Program-made: the position numbers and the translations under genes
NCBI GenBank assembly: GCA_038801705.1
Contig: JAULTC010000001.1
Location: 369,214-433,213 of the forward strand
DNA: 64,000 nt
Source: Candidatus Methanosuratincola mesotaenarum
Lineage (GTDB): Archaea; Thermoproteota; Methanomethylicia; Methanomethylicales; Methanomethylicaceae
Direction: 5' to 3'
Notes under the pieces: model-generated
Databases searched by the model: none
Told to the model about the DNA's origin: nothing
What the model saw: the letters and a program-made list of their open reading frames with translations, nothing else
Shown here: positions 10,590 to 20,313 of the stretch, piece by piece
Layout: every line of letters begins with the position of its first letter
How positions within the stretch are numbered: the stretch's first letter is position 1

Positions 10590-11030
10590 CTAGAGCTGTT
10601 TTACAAGTATCTTCGAGGCGATTCCCCTACCAATGGCAATTTCGCAGGATCTGACCTCGAGTATTATTGGCCCGCCCATCAAGCCCTTCTTCAGCACCCT
10701 GAACTTAGTTCCAGGGGTGAGGCCGAGATCGCAGAGTCGCATAATCAGCCTGTGACCACCGACTGCAAGGACTATTTCGCCTTCCCTCCCTTCCTCGAGG
10801 GCCGCCAAGGTGACGAGCTCTTCGAAGGCGTAGCGCTTGTTCTTCGAGAGCCTGTAGTATTCATCGATAAGATCGCGATCCGGTTTCTCATTCTCATCAC
10901 TGGACCCTTCTGCTTGATTGGCCGAACGGGGAGTATCGCGCTGATCATCTCCACCCTTGTCCATGCTTGGATCAGGTCTCCTGCCTAATAGAAAGGCTAA
11001 CGCTGCAGGCGGTGCATCGGACAACCTCAT
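10590..11030 (-). CDS. feoA: FeoA with N-terminal extension
   Basis: [10 protein letters not shown]...GPIILEVR...[13 protein letters not shown]. Confidence 0.88.
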   Translation of the reverse strand: MRLSDAPPAALAFLLGRRPDPSMDKGGDDQRDTPRSANQAEGSSDENEKPDRDLIDEYYRLSKNKRYAFEELVTLAALEEGREGEIVLAVGGHRLIMRLCDLGLTPGTKFRVLKKGLMGGPIILEVRSCEIAIGRGIASKILVKQL

Positions 11031-11458
11031 TTCCCCTCCTCAAAGCTTATCGGTATCGGCTTCCCGTGTGGGCAGCATTTTGGTTTACCCAACTTTTCGT
11101 AGAGACGCAGTAATACCCTGTCGCTTATGTGGTGCTCAATCCCGCAGATCTCGTCTGAAACCTCCTCGGGAGCCATGCCGAGGTACTGGTGGAAGAAGCA
11201 CTCGAGTATCCTGTGCCTTGAGAGGACCGCCCTTGCCATCGAGCGGCCCATTTCGGTAAGGCGAACTCCCCCGTAATCGACCCTTATAACAAAGCCCTTT
11301 TCAGACAGGCGCTGCGTCATCTCGGTCGCTGTCGAAGGGAAGACCCCGAGGGCGCCTGAGATCTCTTTGATCCTGACTAGCGCTCTGGAGGATTCCTCAG
11401 AGAGTACGTATATTAACTCAAGGTAGTCGTCCGGATTTTTTTGCTCGCGGTGAACCAT
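11027..11458 (-). CDS. DtxR/MntR-family metal-dependent repressor
   Basis: DDYLELIY, RHRILECF, EHHIS, CPHGKPIP; ATG 11458. Confidence 0.92.
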   Translation of the reverse strand: MVHREQKNPDDYLELIYVLSEESSRALVRIKEISGALGVFPSTATEMTQRLSEKGFVIRVDYGGVRLTEMGRSMARAVLSRHRILECFFHQYLGMAPEEVSDEICGIEHHISDRVLLRLYEKLGKPKCCPHGKPIPISFEEGK

Positions 11459-11523
11459 TGCAGACACAATTTTCGGTGTGGCTAAAAAATATATAAATTT
11501 TTCGTCTTTACGAAAAATTTTAG

Positions 11524-11850
11524 TCATGACAGATCCTTGTACTTTTTCGCGATCGAACTTTCCTTGCCTCGAAAAGTCTCGTAAGGTCCATAGAGTGCCT
11601 TGATGCCCCTCAGGGTCTCGCGGATCGCATCCTCGCCCTCAGCCTCCACAGTTATCCGCATGATGTCGATCTGGTATGCCTTCACGATGGCTTTGGATAT
11701 GAAGCCTGGAGCCCCGATCTTGTCAGGGATTGTCGTGACCTTAGAACCTGCCCTGATGGCAATCTCCTCAAGATCCTTAATGGTTATCCGCTGTCCCCTG
11801 AGGCGGAATAGATCATTAACGAAATAATAGATGGTTGTTGAAAGGGTCAT
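11524..11850 (-). CDS. Hypothetical protein
   Basis: 108-aa ORF with GAGGTGA RBS, co-oriented in the operon. Confidence 0.6.
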   Translation of the reverse strand: MTLSTTIYYFVNDLFRLRGQRITIKDLEEIAIRAGSKVTTIPDKIGAPGFISKAIVKAYQIDIMRITVEAEGEDAIRETLRGIKALYGPYETFRGKESSIAKKYKDLS

Positions 11851-11862
11851 TTCTGCATCACC

Positions 11863-12891
11863 TCACTTGTATATCGGCGGAAGGTTAAACCCTTCTTTTC
11901 TCAGTTCTGAGAGAGCATCATCATAATAGGTGCTGTCCAGCCTTGATATCAAAAGATTGTAATCGTTCTCCGAGAGCAGGGAAGGCCGCAGTAGCTGGTA
12001 GAACGACTGGAGCTCGCTCTCGTTGAAGTAACAGCTGAGCGGGTTCCTTGCCTGGTTTATCCGAGGGTCGATCCTGATTACGCTATCATAGATGACCTCC
12101 CAAGACATTCCAGGGAGGTATTGCTTTATCATGGGCAGTGCATTGCCTGGCTCGGAATACGTGAACGCCTCTGCCTTCATGAGGGCTTTTATGAATTTGG
12201 TCACCGCATCCGGGTTTTTGGAGGCGAAGGACGACTGGAACACCTGGAGGCAGCATGGGTAATCTACAGGGTAGACCTCCATGTCCCACTGGACAATATC
12301 CAGGCCACGGTACAATGCCCAAGAAGAGTACGGCTCCCACAGGAAGGCGGCGTTCACCGTATCGTTCTCGAGTGCGATCAAGGCATCGGCAGGCGACAGG
12401 TAAGGCGAGAAGGTGGCATTGATATTTTCTTCCTCAATCACCTTCGTGAATATGAAGTCTCCTGGCACATAGCGTACCGTTCCGACTTTCTTGCCATCTA
12501 GATCTTGGATAGATCTTATCCCTGAAGTGTTCTTTGCAACAAGGGCTGTCCCATCCAACGAGTTCCCTGCTACTACAACTGCGTCGATGTTCTTTATAAA
12601 AACGGCTATCGCAACGGATGTGATTGGTGCGCCATCGATCTTGTCTTCAGAAAAGGCATTGACCAAATCGCCTACACTATCATACTCAATCAGCGTTACA
12701 TTCAAGCCCTCGTCCTCAAAGAAGCCGCCTTCGTATGCAACCCAAATGAGGCCATAGCTCGCTGCAGGGAGGTACCCAATCCGTATCTCGGTCGCAGGGG
12801 GCTTGTACAGGAAGATGAAACCCGCCGCAACCAGAACTGCCACTATTGCAAGAGCCGAGACCAAAATTAATCGCTTGTTCATAAAAGACAT
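11863..12891 (-). CDS. ABC transporter substrate-binding protein (SsuA/NMT1-like)
   Basis: Signal anchor, GFFEDEGLNV, DLDGKKVG, AFLWEPY, YPCC. Confidence 0.88.
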   Translation of the reverse strand: MSFMNKRLILVSALAIVAVLVAAGFIFLYKPPATEIRIGYLPAASYGLIWVAYEGGFFEDEGLNVTLIEYDSVGDLVNAFSEDKIDGAPITSVAIAVFIKNIDAVVVAGNSLDGTALVAKNTSGIRSIQDLDGKKVGTVRYVPGDFIFTKVIEEENINATFSPYLSPADALIALENDTVNAAFLWEPYSSWALYRGLDIVQWDMEVYPVDYPCCLQVFQSSFASKNPDAVTKFIKALMKAEAFTYSEPGNALPMIKQYLPGMSWEVIYDSVIRIDPRINQARNPLSCYFNESELQSFYQLLRPSLLSENDYNLLISRLDSTYYDDALSELRKEGFNLPPIYK

Positions 12892-12906
12892 TATGGAATG
12901 CCCTAA

Positions 12907-13122
12907 TTAATCTGTTTTTGTGCTGGCATGCTTGCTTGCACGTGCTGACTTCAGCTTCGCAAGAACTGCCGGCACATCCTTTGAATCTAAGTGCTCGAAG
13001 ATCCTGACGCTCCTTGAAGCTTCGTTCCTGGATCCGCAGTAGGCGCATGTGAAGGTCTTTGATCCCTCCTGGCTGGCGCATGGCTGGCCGCACTTCCTGC
13101 ACAGCAAGATACGGTAGAGCAT
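12907..13122 (-). CDS. Zn-ribbon protein (DUF1922-like)
   Basis: CRKCG...KTFTCAYCG. Confidence 0.75.
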   Translation of the reverse strand: MLYRILLCRKCGQPCASQEGSKTFTCAYCGSRNEASRSVRIFEHLDSKDVPAVLAKLKSARASKHASTKTD

Positions 13123-13239
13123 TTATCTTTCGACCGCCTGAGAGTGAATTTTCTTGGACAGGATTTCAAATTAATCCGATTATTTTATAAATATGGCGAT
13201 ACCAGATAAAATCAACCGTAATTCAGGTGAAGCACAAAC

Positions 13240-13548
13240 TTGAGTGAGATATGTTCTAAGTGCGGACTTCCAAAAGACCTATGTGTTTGTGAAGCGATAG
13301 TAAAAGAGCAACAGAGGATCAGGGTGTTTTTGGAAAAGAGGAAATGGGGAAGGGATGTAACAATAATCGAGGGCATCGACGAGAAGAGCATCAACCTCAA
13401 AGAGCTCTCGGGCAGACTGAAGAGCAGACTGGCATGTGGAGGGACGGATAAAGACGGCAGGATAGAGCTCCAAGGGGACCACAGGGAGAGGGCCGCAGAG
13501 ATCCTAGTGGAGAGCGGTTTCCCGGGCGACAACATCGACATCGAATAG
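13240..13548 (+). CDS. sui1: Translation initiation factor aIF-1 (SUI1)
   Basis: CGLPKDLCVC, LKSRLACGGT, IELQGDHR. Confidence 0.95.
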   Translation: MSEICSKCGLPKDLCVCEAIVKEQQRIRVFLEKRKWGRDVTIIEGIDEKSINLKELSGRLKSRLACGGTDKDGRIELQGDHRERAAEILVESGFPGDNIDIE

Positions 13549-13563
13549 GCATGGAAGGAACAA

Positions 13564-13791
13564 ATGCCAATGGAAGAAATAAAGGACGTGGTCTCCTCTA
13601 TCCGGAGGGGCATGGGCGTGAAGGTTTGCCCTGAGTGCGGCAGTATGGACGTTTCCCCAAGGACTATGACTGGCTACATATCCCAACCTACTTACGTCTG
13701 CAACAGATGTGGGTTCCAGAGCACGGTATTCCCTGAAGTTGACATGGATGAACTGAAGGGAAGAGAGGAAGTAAAAAAAGATAGGTCTTAG
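13564..13791 (+). CDS. Small Zn-ribbon protein
   Basis: CPECGS...YVCNRCGF. Confidence 0.75.
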   Translation: MPMEEIKDVVSSIRRGMGVKVCPECGSMDVSPRTMTGYISQPTYVCNRCGFQSTVFPEVDMDELKGREEVKKDRS

Positions 13792-13794
13792 AGG

Positions 13795-14793
13795 CTACTG
13801 GAGAGGCACTTCGATATTCAGTTCCTTCATCAGTTCTTTGTACCTGTTTCTGACGGTTACCTCTGTGACTTGGGCTGCCTGCGCGATCTCCTTCTGCGTC
13901 CTCCGCTCATTCTCGAGAAGCGAGGCGACGTATATCGCAGCTGCCGCGAGACCGGCAGGGTCCTTCCCGGCAGTGATCCCCATCTTCTTTGCATCCCTGA
14001 TTATCTCTGCTGCCTTGTGCTGCGTGGTCCCGCTCAGCTCTAGAGCCCCACCGATCCTGGTTATGAAGTCGATCGGGTCTGCTATCGGGATATCGACGTC
14101 GACTTCCCTTAGCAGGAGCCTATAGCACCGGGCCACGTCCTTCCTGCCAGCCTTTGTGTACCTTGCTATCTCGTCTAACGTGCGCGGGACCTTCTGCGTC
14201 CTGCATGCGGCATAGATCGCTGCTGCCATTACGGACTCGATCGATCTGCCCCGGACCAGGCCCTTCTCGACAGCCTTCCGGTATATGACTGCGGACTCCT
14301 CCTTTACGCTCTTTGGCAGGCCGATCTGTGAGCTTATCCGATCCAGTTCGCTCATTGCCTGCGCGAGGTTCCGATCCATAGAGCTGTGGACGCGTGTCCT
14401 GATCTGCCACTTCCGCCACCTTAGGATCTCTATCCTCTTCTTCGGCTCGAGTTTCCGACCCATGGCATCCTTGTCGCGCCAATCGATTATCGTGGAAAGC
14501 CCCCTGTCATGGACCGTGGGGGACAACGGTGATCCCACACGGCTTCTCTTGTCGCGCTCCTCTGAGGTGAATGCCCTCCATTCGGGACCGCGGTCAATGA
14601 TCTTCTCTGTCACCACCAGCCCGCAGTTTGTGCAGGTCACTTCGCCTCTTTCGAAGCTCCTTACGAAACTCGTACCCCCGCAAGCTGGGCACTTCAGTGA
14701 AGCGGACTCATTTTCCGAGTCTCGGTCCGCATTGTCAACCTTTCCAGCAGGCTCGTCGTTCTTAGCCTCTAGTTTAGACGACAATAACTTCAC
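13795..14793 (-). CDS. tfb: Transcription initiation factor IIB
   Basis: Zn ribbon CPACG..CTNCG, GPEWRAF B-reader, two cyclin repeats, [13 protein letters not shown]. Confidence 0.98.
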   Translation of the reverse strand: MKLLSSKLEAKNDEPAGKVDNADRDSENESASLKCPACGGTSFVRSFERGEVTCTNCGLVVTEKIIDRGPEWRAFTSEERDKRSRVGSPLSPTVHDRGLSTIIDWRDKDAMGRKLEPKKRIEILRWRKWQIRTRVHSSMDRNLAQAMSELDRISSQIGLPKSVKEESAVIYRKAVEKGLVRGRSIESVMAAAIYAACRTQKVPRTLDEIARYTKAGRKDVARCYRLLLREVDVDIPIADPIDFITRIGGALELSGTTQHKAAEIIRDAKKMGITAGKDPAGLAAAAIYVASLLENERRTQKEIAQAAQVTEVTVRNRYKELMKELNIEVPLQ

Positions 14794-15000
14794 CTTTTTG
14801 ATGAAAATTCAATAGGGTAAAAAACTTACATTTTTCTAAAATATAAGTATTTCGATTTGTTTATAAAATAGAGAAAAAACACTCTCTTAAGTGTTTTGTT
14901 TTTCCGGGGAAAAACATTTCGCAGAAGCCCGATCAGCTCAAGATCATCTTTTAAACTAGGCATCCGATAAAGATAAATTTACCAAATATTTTTTGTATTC

Positions 15001-15076
15001 AGCCCGGTGGTGTAGCGGCCAAGCATAGCGGGCTCTGGACCCGCCGACAGGAGTTCGAATCTCCTCCGGGCTACCA
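15001..15076 (+). tRNA. tRNA-Gln (CTG), CCA encoded
   Basis: AGCCCGG acceptor stem, anticodon arm GCGGG-CTCTGGA-CCCGC, GTTCGAAT T-loop, ends ACCA. Confidence 0.97.
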
Positions 15077-15239
15077 TCCTCTAGAGTGTGATTTATACTT
15101 TTCAAGATGGCGAACAGGAGGCTCGTCATTTCCCTTCTTTCTTTTTCTACTCTCTAGAGGGTTGGTAAGAGGTTTATTCGATGGAGAATTTCATGGTTAG
15201 TTTTCTCATCTTAGAAGCATTTTCGCAGGAGACACATAT

Positions 15240-15737
15240 TTGAAGATTTACAGTGATAACCCTAACCTTCCGTACAAAAGCACCAAACTGAAGGCACTTT
15301 ACACGAAGAGCGAGATTGACGGTTTGTTCGCCAAGTGGGGCGTGAGGGATGTTTATTGGCATTGGGACCCAGAACACAACGACGTTTTTGTCCAGTTCAA
15401 GATAGTCGAAGAAATCGACGGCATGCCTTTGCAAGTCTCGGCTAAGGTTGAGGCGCCTGCCATTTGGGATCGCGAAACGCGTGCTAAAGCTGAAGGCGTA
15501 AACTGGAACATCAGCATGCGGGTCATGTTCTGGTTCATCAAGTCGCATTTGGAAGCGGCCTATCTGTTGCAGAGTTCCAAGACCGCTGCGTTTCTGCCCT
15601 ACATTGCCTCAAATGACGGCGCCAAAGTCCTGAAGGACGTGATTATTCCAAGGATGAATGAGCTCCAACAGCTAGCGGCTCTGCCTGAAGGTCCCAACAG
15701 TCGAAAAGTGATGGATGTCGAGGGTGAGGAGGCTTAA
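15240..15737 (+). CDS. Hypothetical element protein
   Basis: Intact 165-aa ORF, first gene of the island. Confidence 0.65.
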   Translation: MKIYSDNPNLPYKSTKLKALYTKSEIDGLFAKWGVRDVYWHWDPEHNDVFVQFKIVEEIDGMPLQVSAKVEAPAIWDRETRAKAEGVNWNISMRVMFWFIKSHLEAAYLLQSSKTAAFLPYIASNDGAKVLKDVIIPRMNELQQLAALPEGPNSRKVMDVEGEEA

Positions 15738-15739
15738 GC

Positions 15740-16063
15740 TTGAAAAAGTACAAGACATGGGCAAGCTTGAACGCTGAAGGACAAGCAGCTTGGGGCCATG
15801 TCTTTCCCGACGGCGAAGTACCAGTCCAAAGCATTATCGCACAAGCTGCAACTCTGGAGGGCATCGCCGAGACCGAGAGAGTTTTTCTCGTTGACTGGAG
15901 GGCGCTAACCGAGCAACAGCAGAATGAAGTTCTTGAGAAGCTGAGCAAGCGAAGCAGTGCAGCCAAAGATGCAATACTCAAAGACATCCTGAAAATCGGT
16001 TTGCCGTTGCGGGAAAAATACACTGACGGCTGCGGAACAACTCGGATGGCACTTTTCCTCTAA
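15740..16063 (+). CDS. Hypothetical element protein
   Basis: Intact 107-aa ORF with GAGGAGG RBS, 2 bp after the previous gene. Confidence 0.65.
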   Translation: MKKYKTWASLNAEGQAAWGHVFPDGEVPVQSIIAQAATLEGIAETERVFLVDWRALTEQQQNEVLEKLSKRSSAAKDAILKDILKIGLPLREKYTDGCGTTRMALFL

Positions 16064-16076
16064 AGGTGAACATGGT

Positions 16077-16915
16077 TTGGCTGAACGCTCTGATAGAAGT
16101 CAAAATTTCTCTGTTTCAAAGTCAAAAGTCAAATTTGACTTCACTACCGTTCGCACCAGAGTCATCCCAATACTCAAGCAAGTGCAGGTCGGTGACTACC
16201 CTGACAAGATCGGGCGCACATATGGTTGGAGCAAACAGCATGTATCATACTACCTAAACAAGTTGGAAAAGGCTGGTTTGGTCTGTCGCAAACGGCTTAG
16301 CAGTGCGGTTTTTTGAGTTAACGCTTAGAGGTCAAAATTTTCTCGGCTCATGTGAGGGCATGCTTTTCGGCTCGGGCGTGTTCCGTTTGGAGAAGGTGCA
16401 GTACAGGTATGTGATTTTGGCTGAAGGCATGTTGCCTAAGGATTTTAGGCGTATCGAGATGCAGAACTGGACTGCGCTATTAGGCTTAAAGCAGGGTGTA
16501 AAGGTTAGGCATACTTCGCGGAGTTGGATTGTGCATGTTGAGACTTTGTATGGCCTTAGTCCGGATGAATTGTTTACGTTATCAAAGAATTTGGCTGACC
16601 ATGTAGCTAAAGGCTTGATGGTTAAGTATGGCTGTCGACTGGCTGAAGGTGAAATTTGTCGTGGGCATGAGATTGCGATTGATGATCCTGTGGCTCAGCT
16701 GCTTAGCCGATACTTCACGGTCAGCATACCTGGTAAGTGCCATATGGACCATAGCCGTGGAGAGCTTGAGGGTGAGATTGATTTTACGGAGACATGGCGG
16801 TTGAGTATTTGCTGATGCCTGAGCGTGTGAAGAAGCCAGGAAAGCGGTACATAAGCTGTAAACAGCATTCCAGTTGAGTATTTGCTGATGCCTGAGCGTG
16901 TGAAGAAGCTGGGAG
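16077..16915 (+). pseudogene. Winged-HTH protein, frameshifted and disrupted by a duplication plus insertion
   Basis: HTH (IGRTYGWSKQHVSYYLNKLEKAGLV); shift at the T run ~16308-16314; C-terminal AVEYLLMPERVKK segment duplicated. Confidence 0.7.
16800..16909. repeat. Exact 37-bp direct repeat flanking a 36-bp unique insert
   Basis: GTTGAGTATTTGCTGATGCCTGAGCGTGTGAAGAAGC at 16800-16836 and 16873-16909. Confidence 0.97.
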
Positions 16916-16918
16916 GGG

Positions 16919-17323
16919 CAGCTGAGAGATTTAGTTGCTGCAAAAAAGCCCGTTGGGGTTATCGCAGAGGCACTTGGCAAGTCTAAGGAAAGCGTGCGTT
17001 TGAAGATGATGCGCTTGGGATTAGTTGTTGATGAACAAGCGAATTTTCAGTGTTCAACTTCAACTAAGCTTGAGCTGCCCGAGATTCTTCCAAGCATCGA
17101 GACGACGCTCAAGAAGCTTGTGGCAGCCATGAACGCGTTAGAGAAGCCTGGATTGTCCAAGACTGAGATTTCGAGGCTGCGCTCTATCATTCAAGCGGCT
17201 AGCGTTTACCAAGTGAAGATTGCTGAGTATATGGATCACCGTGGGATTGAAGCGAAACTGATTGATTTGGATGAGAAGTATGCTCGATTGGTTCGTGAAA
17301 AAGGCAAAGACTCTAAGGCTTGA
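16919..17323 (+). pseudogene. HTH/coiled-coil protein (candidate terminase small subunit), N-terminus lost
   Basis: Frame of 16994..17323 stays open upstream as QLRDLVAAKKPVGVIAEALGKSKESV; lies directly before the terminase. Confidence 0.45.
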
Positions 17324-18565
17324 CGAGTTTAAGCCGAAATGGGGTCGCCTGCAAGGTAACAAGGCGGAAATAGATCAGGCTGAGGTTAGGCATGCTCAGC
17401 AGCTCAGTTCTGTTCCGTTAGAGTTTTGCAGGCAAATCATCGATTTTGAGCCCACGGAGTATCAGAAGGAGCTCATCAAGCTTTACGAGGAAAACCAGTT
17501 TCTGGCTGCAAGGTGGTGCCGTCAGAGCAGGAAAAGCTGGATTATCTCTGCGCTTCTACTTGACGATGCGGTGCATATTGCTGACAGTTATATTGCGGTT
17601 ATGGGTCCAAGTTGGCGTCAGACAAAGCTGAATATCCGTCGCATAGCCATGTTTGAGCGGAAGCTTTCGCAGGGTTCTTACTTGAAGCCTCAGAAGACCA
17701 GGTTAGCTTTTCCCAACGGCAGTGTGATTGAAGCTTTCCCAAATAATCCTGATACGTGCCGTGGTTTTTCGTTGACTCGCGTGTGGTGGGAGAAGTTAAT
17801 TTTACAGCGAATGACCAGGATCTGTTAGATGCTATATTGTTTGCTTTGGGCACGACTAACGGGAAGCTTGTTTGCACGAGTAAGCCATTTAACACGGATA
17901 GCGTTTTTTGGAAGATGTGCAATCATAAGGATTATTCGGATTTTGCGAGATATCATGTTTCATGGCAGCGAGTAGTTGAGCCTCATGGTCCTTGGAAGCA
18001 GTCTTTCCTTGAAAAGATTAAGCGGCAGTTCGGTGAGGATCCTGTGCGTTGGCGTAGAGATGGAGGCCGAGTGGGCGGAGGACGAGGATTTTTGGCTGCC
18101 GCAATCGCTGATTGTCAGCTGCATTGGTACGATCAAAAGTTGTGGTGAGGATCTTCAGCCTTGGGATTCAGAGAAAGGCTATGATGGAGAGCTCTGCGGG
18201 TTTAGATCTTGCTCAAGTGAAGGACTATTGTGTCCTCTGTTTTTCAGCGGCTGAATGATGCACTTTTGCTTAGGCACCTGAAGATTTTCAGTCAACCAAC
18301 GAAATATGCATCTGTACTTGGCTATTTGAAGATGCTGCAGGATCGTTGGGGCGGATTCCAGAAGATACGGGTTGACTTCACCAAGGAAGGACCCAGCATA
18401 ATCAGAGATATGGAGGCTGCTGGCATCAAAAATGCTGAAGGCGTCAACTTCAGTTTGCCCAGAAAGAGCGAGATGGCAGGCTTGCTTCAGCAGCTTATAA
18501 CTACAAAGCAGGCTTGCCTTTTATTGAGCCGATACTCAAGCAGCTTGAAACGGCAAAGAACCTAA
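17262..18565 (+). pseudogene. Terminase large subunit, multiply frameshifted and truncated
   Basis: PTEYQ, ARWCRQSRKS (degenerate Walker A), FPNNPDTCRG, WWE (Walker B-like), REMEAEW, GLDLAQVKDY and RVDFT nuclease motifs across four ORFs. Confidence 0.82.
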
Positions 18566-19047
18566 CGAGACAAAAGGAAGCGGAATTGGTTAAGGCGCAA
18601 CAAACCAACCTCCTTGATTACCAAAAGAAAATAGATGATTATCGGGAATTAGTGAAGAAAAAAGTCGAGGAGCCAGAATTTCAATCATAGCTGCCAACAC
18701 ATTCCATCGAACAAGAGCCCGGGGGTTAGAACCTTAAGTTGCTTCAATAGTTCTTTGAGCCTTCTTCGAACACTTCCGTGGTTAGACTTCATCGCCCTAT
18801 CCCAATGGAATCTTGTACAAACCCTGGAAAATCCGGTAACTTGGCAAGATATTAACCAAAAACGAGCGTTTTCCAAGCCTTTTTTACCCGTTCTGGAAGG
18901 CGACGAACTCTTTATCGAGTTGCGGTCAGAAGGACGAAGTTGCCTTTCTCCTCATGTTACCGAAGAGCATTTTTATCTTGCTTTGTCTGTTGTCAACGAA
19001 GAGAAAAGTATTTAAAGTAAGAAAGTAAGAATGAATTAGATCATGCG

Positions 19048-19338
19048 ATGACAAAGTATAAAAAACCAGATATCACGGTGGTCACTAGCAAGGGTCAGGT
19101 CGTGATACCCCAAGCCATAAGGAAGAAGCTTGGCATAGAGCCAAAGACAAAGCTTTTGGTATACGGCTATCAAGATGCTGTGATCATGAAGAAAATGGAA
19201 ATACCCGAAGTGACAAAGGAATTGGAAGAGGTCTATAGAATGGTCGATGATAAGATAGCAGAGTATGGCGAACTAGCCGATAAGGAGATAGATGAGATAA
19301 TCCAAGAGTATAGAAAGAGGAAGAGGGCCTCTGCCTAA
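19048..19338 (+). CDS. AbrB/MazE/SpoVT-family antitoxin
   Basis: VTSKGQVVIPQAIRKKLGI. Confidence 0.93.
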   Translation: MTKYKKPDITVVTSKGQVVIPQAIRKKLGIEPKTKLLVYGYQDAVIMKKMEIPEVTKELEEVYRMVDDKIAEYGELADKEIDEIIQEYRKRKRASA

Positions 19339-19348
19339 AGGTAATATA

Positions 19349-19768
19349 ATGAAAGTTGTACTTGACACGAACATCTTAATCTCTGCTTTGATCAAGGCTG
19401 GAAAGCCAAGAGAACTCGTTTCAAGGATAGCTGAAGGAAAAGTCCAGCTGATTTTGTCTAGAAATATTCTAGAAGAGTTCCTTGAAGTCGCTGAAGACCC
19501 GAGGATAAGGAGATACATCGACGAAAACAATGTAATAGCCTATCTGAGAGTCTTGGGAAGCGTTGCTAAAATAGTCAGGGTGCGATCCAGGTTCAAAGTT
19601 GTGAAGGAAGACCCTGACGATGATGTCATACTGAGAACTGCCAAAGACGGGACAGCCGAGTACATAGTATCAGGAGACAAACACTTACTTTCGTTAGGGG
19701 AATTTAGAGGGATAAAAATAGTAACAGCGAATGAAATGCTGAAATTATTGAAAGAGGGAAAAGGATAG
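19349..19768 (+). CDS. PIN-domain (VapC-like) toxin
   Basis: VVLDTNILISA, EE, DPDDD, IVSGDKHLL. Confidence 0.93.
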   Translation: MKVVLDTNILISALIKAGKPRELVSRIAEGKVQLILSRNILEEFLEVAEDPRIRRYIDENNVIAYLRVLGSVAKIVRVRSRFKVVKEDPDDDVILRTAKDGTAEYIVSGDKHLLSLGEFRGIKIVTANEMLKLLKEGKG

Positions 19769-19804
19769 TTAGCGTGCATGCGTGCATGCGCATATAATTA
19801 TACA

Positions 19805-20313
19805 TTATTTGGTTCTTTTGGCGATCATTTCGTCGACTCTATTCACGAAATCTTCAGCCCATTTTAGCGCCTGCTTAGCCTCACCCTCTGAGACTATGTC
19901 CATCTCTTCGTATACTATTCTATGCCTCCTTTCTCATGCCGTTGAGCACTATGATCATCTTATCGCTGACCTCGGTTCAGAGGAATGCGTGGAGAAATCT
20001 AACTACAGCCACATGCCCTTCTGTGCTCGATGGCCTATAGCCTTGGCTGAACATCAATGCTCTACCAGCAAGTAGCATCGCGTTGTACGATACTGCCAAT
20101 CGCTCTGGTCCTGCCCTGGCGCTGCATAGTCATCTACCAGCAAGTAGCATCGCGTTGTACGATACTGCCAAGGACCAGTCGAACTTCCTGTTTTCCATCA
20201 GCGTCCTTGCAGTGTCTATATCCCTCAGTACGCGCCAACGAATTGAGCCCCAACCTATGATTTGGCCTAATTCTCCTTACGACTCTGCTCCTTAACAGCT
20301 CTTCTAAACTCAT
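19805..20313 (-). pseudogene. HEPN-domain toxin, disrupted
   Basis: Reconstructed RDIDTAR...FDWSLAVSYNAMLLAGRALMFSQGYRP...GHVAVVRF...RHRIVY...EAKQALKWAEDFV; frameshifts, internal stop and a 72-bp insertion. Confidence 0.85.
20061..20171. repeat. Exact 39-bp direct repeat flanking a 33-bp unique insert
   Basis: TCTACCAGCAAGTAGCATCGCGTTGTACGATACTGCCAA at 20061-20099 and 20133-20171. Confidence 0.97.

Noticed and set aside
15079..15159. CTCTAGAG repeated at 73-bp spacing after the tRNA
   Set aside because: Only an 8-bp palindrome, too short to count as a third duplication event.
18566..19015. Short ORFs between the terminase and AbrB
   Set aside because: Fragments without identifiable homology by eye.
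16800..20171. Calling the two repeat pairs bona fide CRISPR arrays
   Set aside because: Each has only two repeats, the two repeats differ from each other, both are in-frame parts of protein genes, and no leader or cas genes are adjacent.
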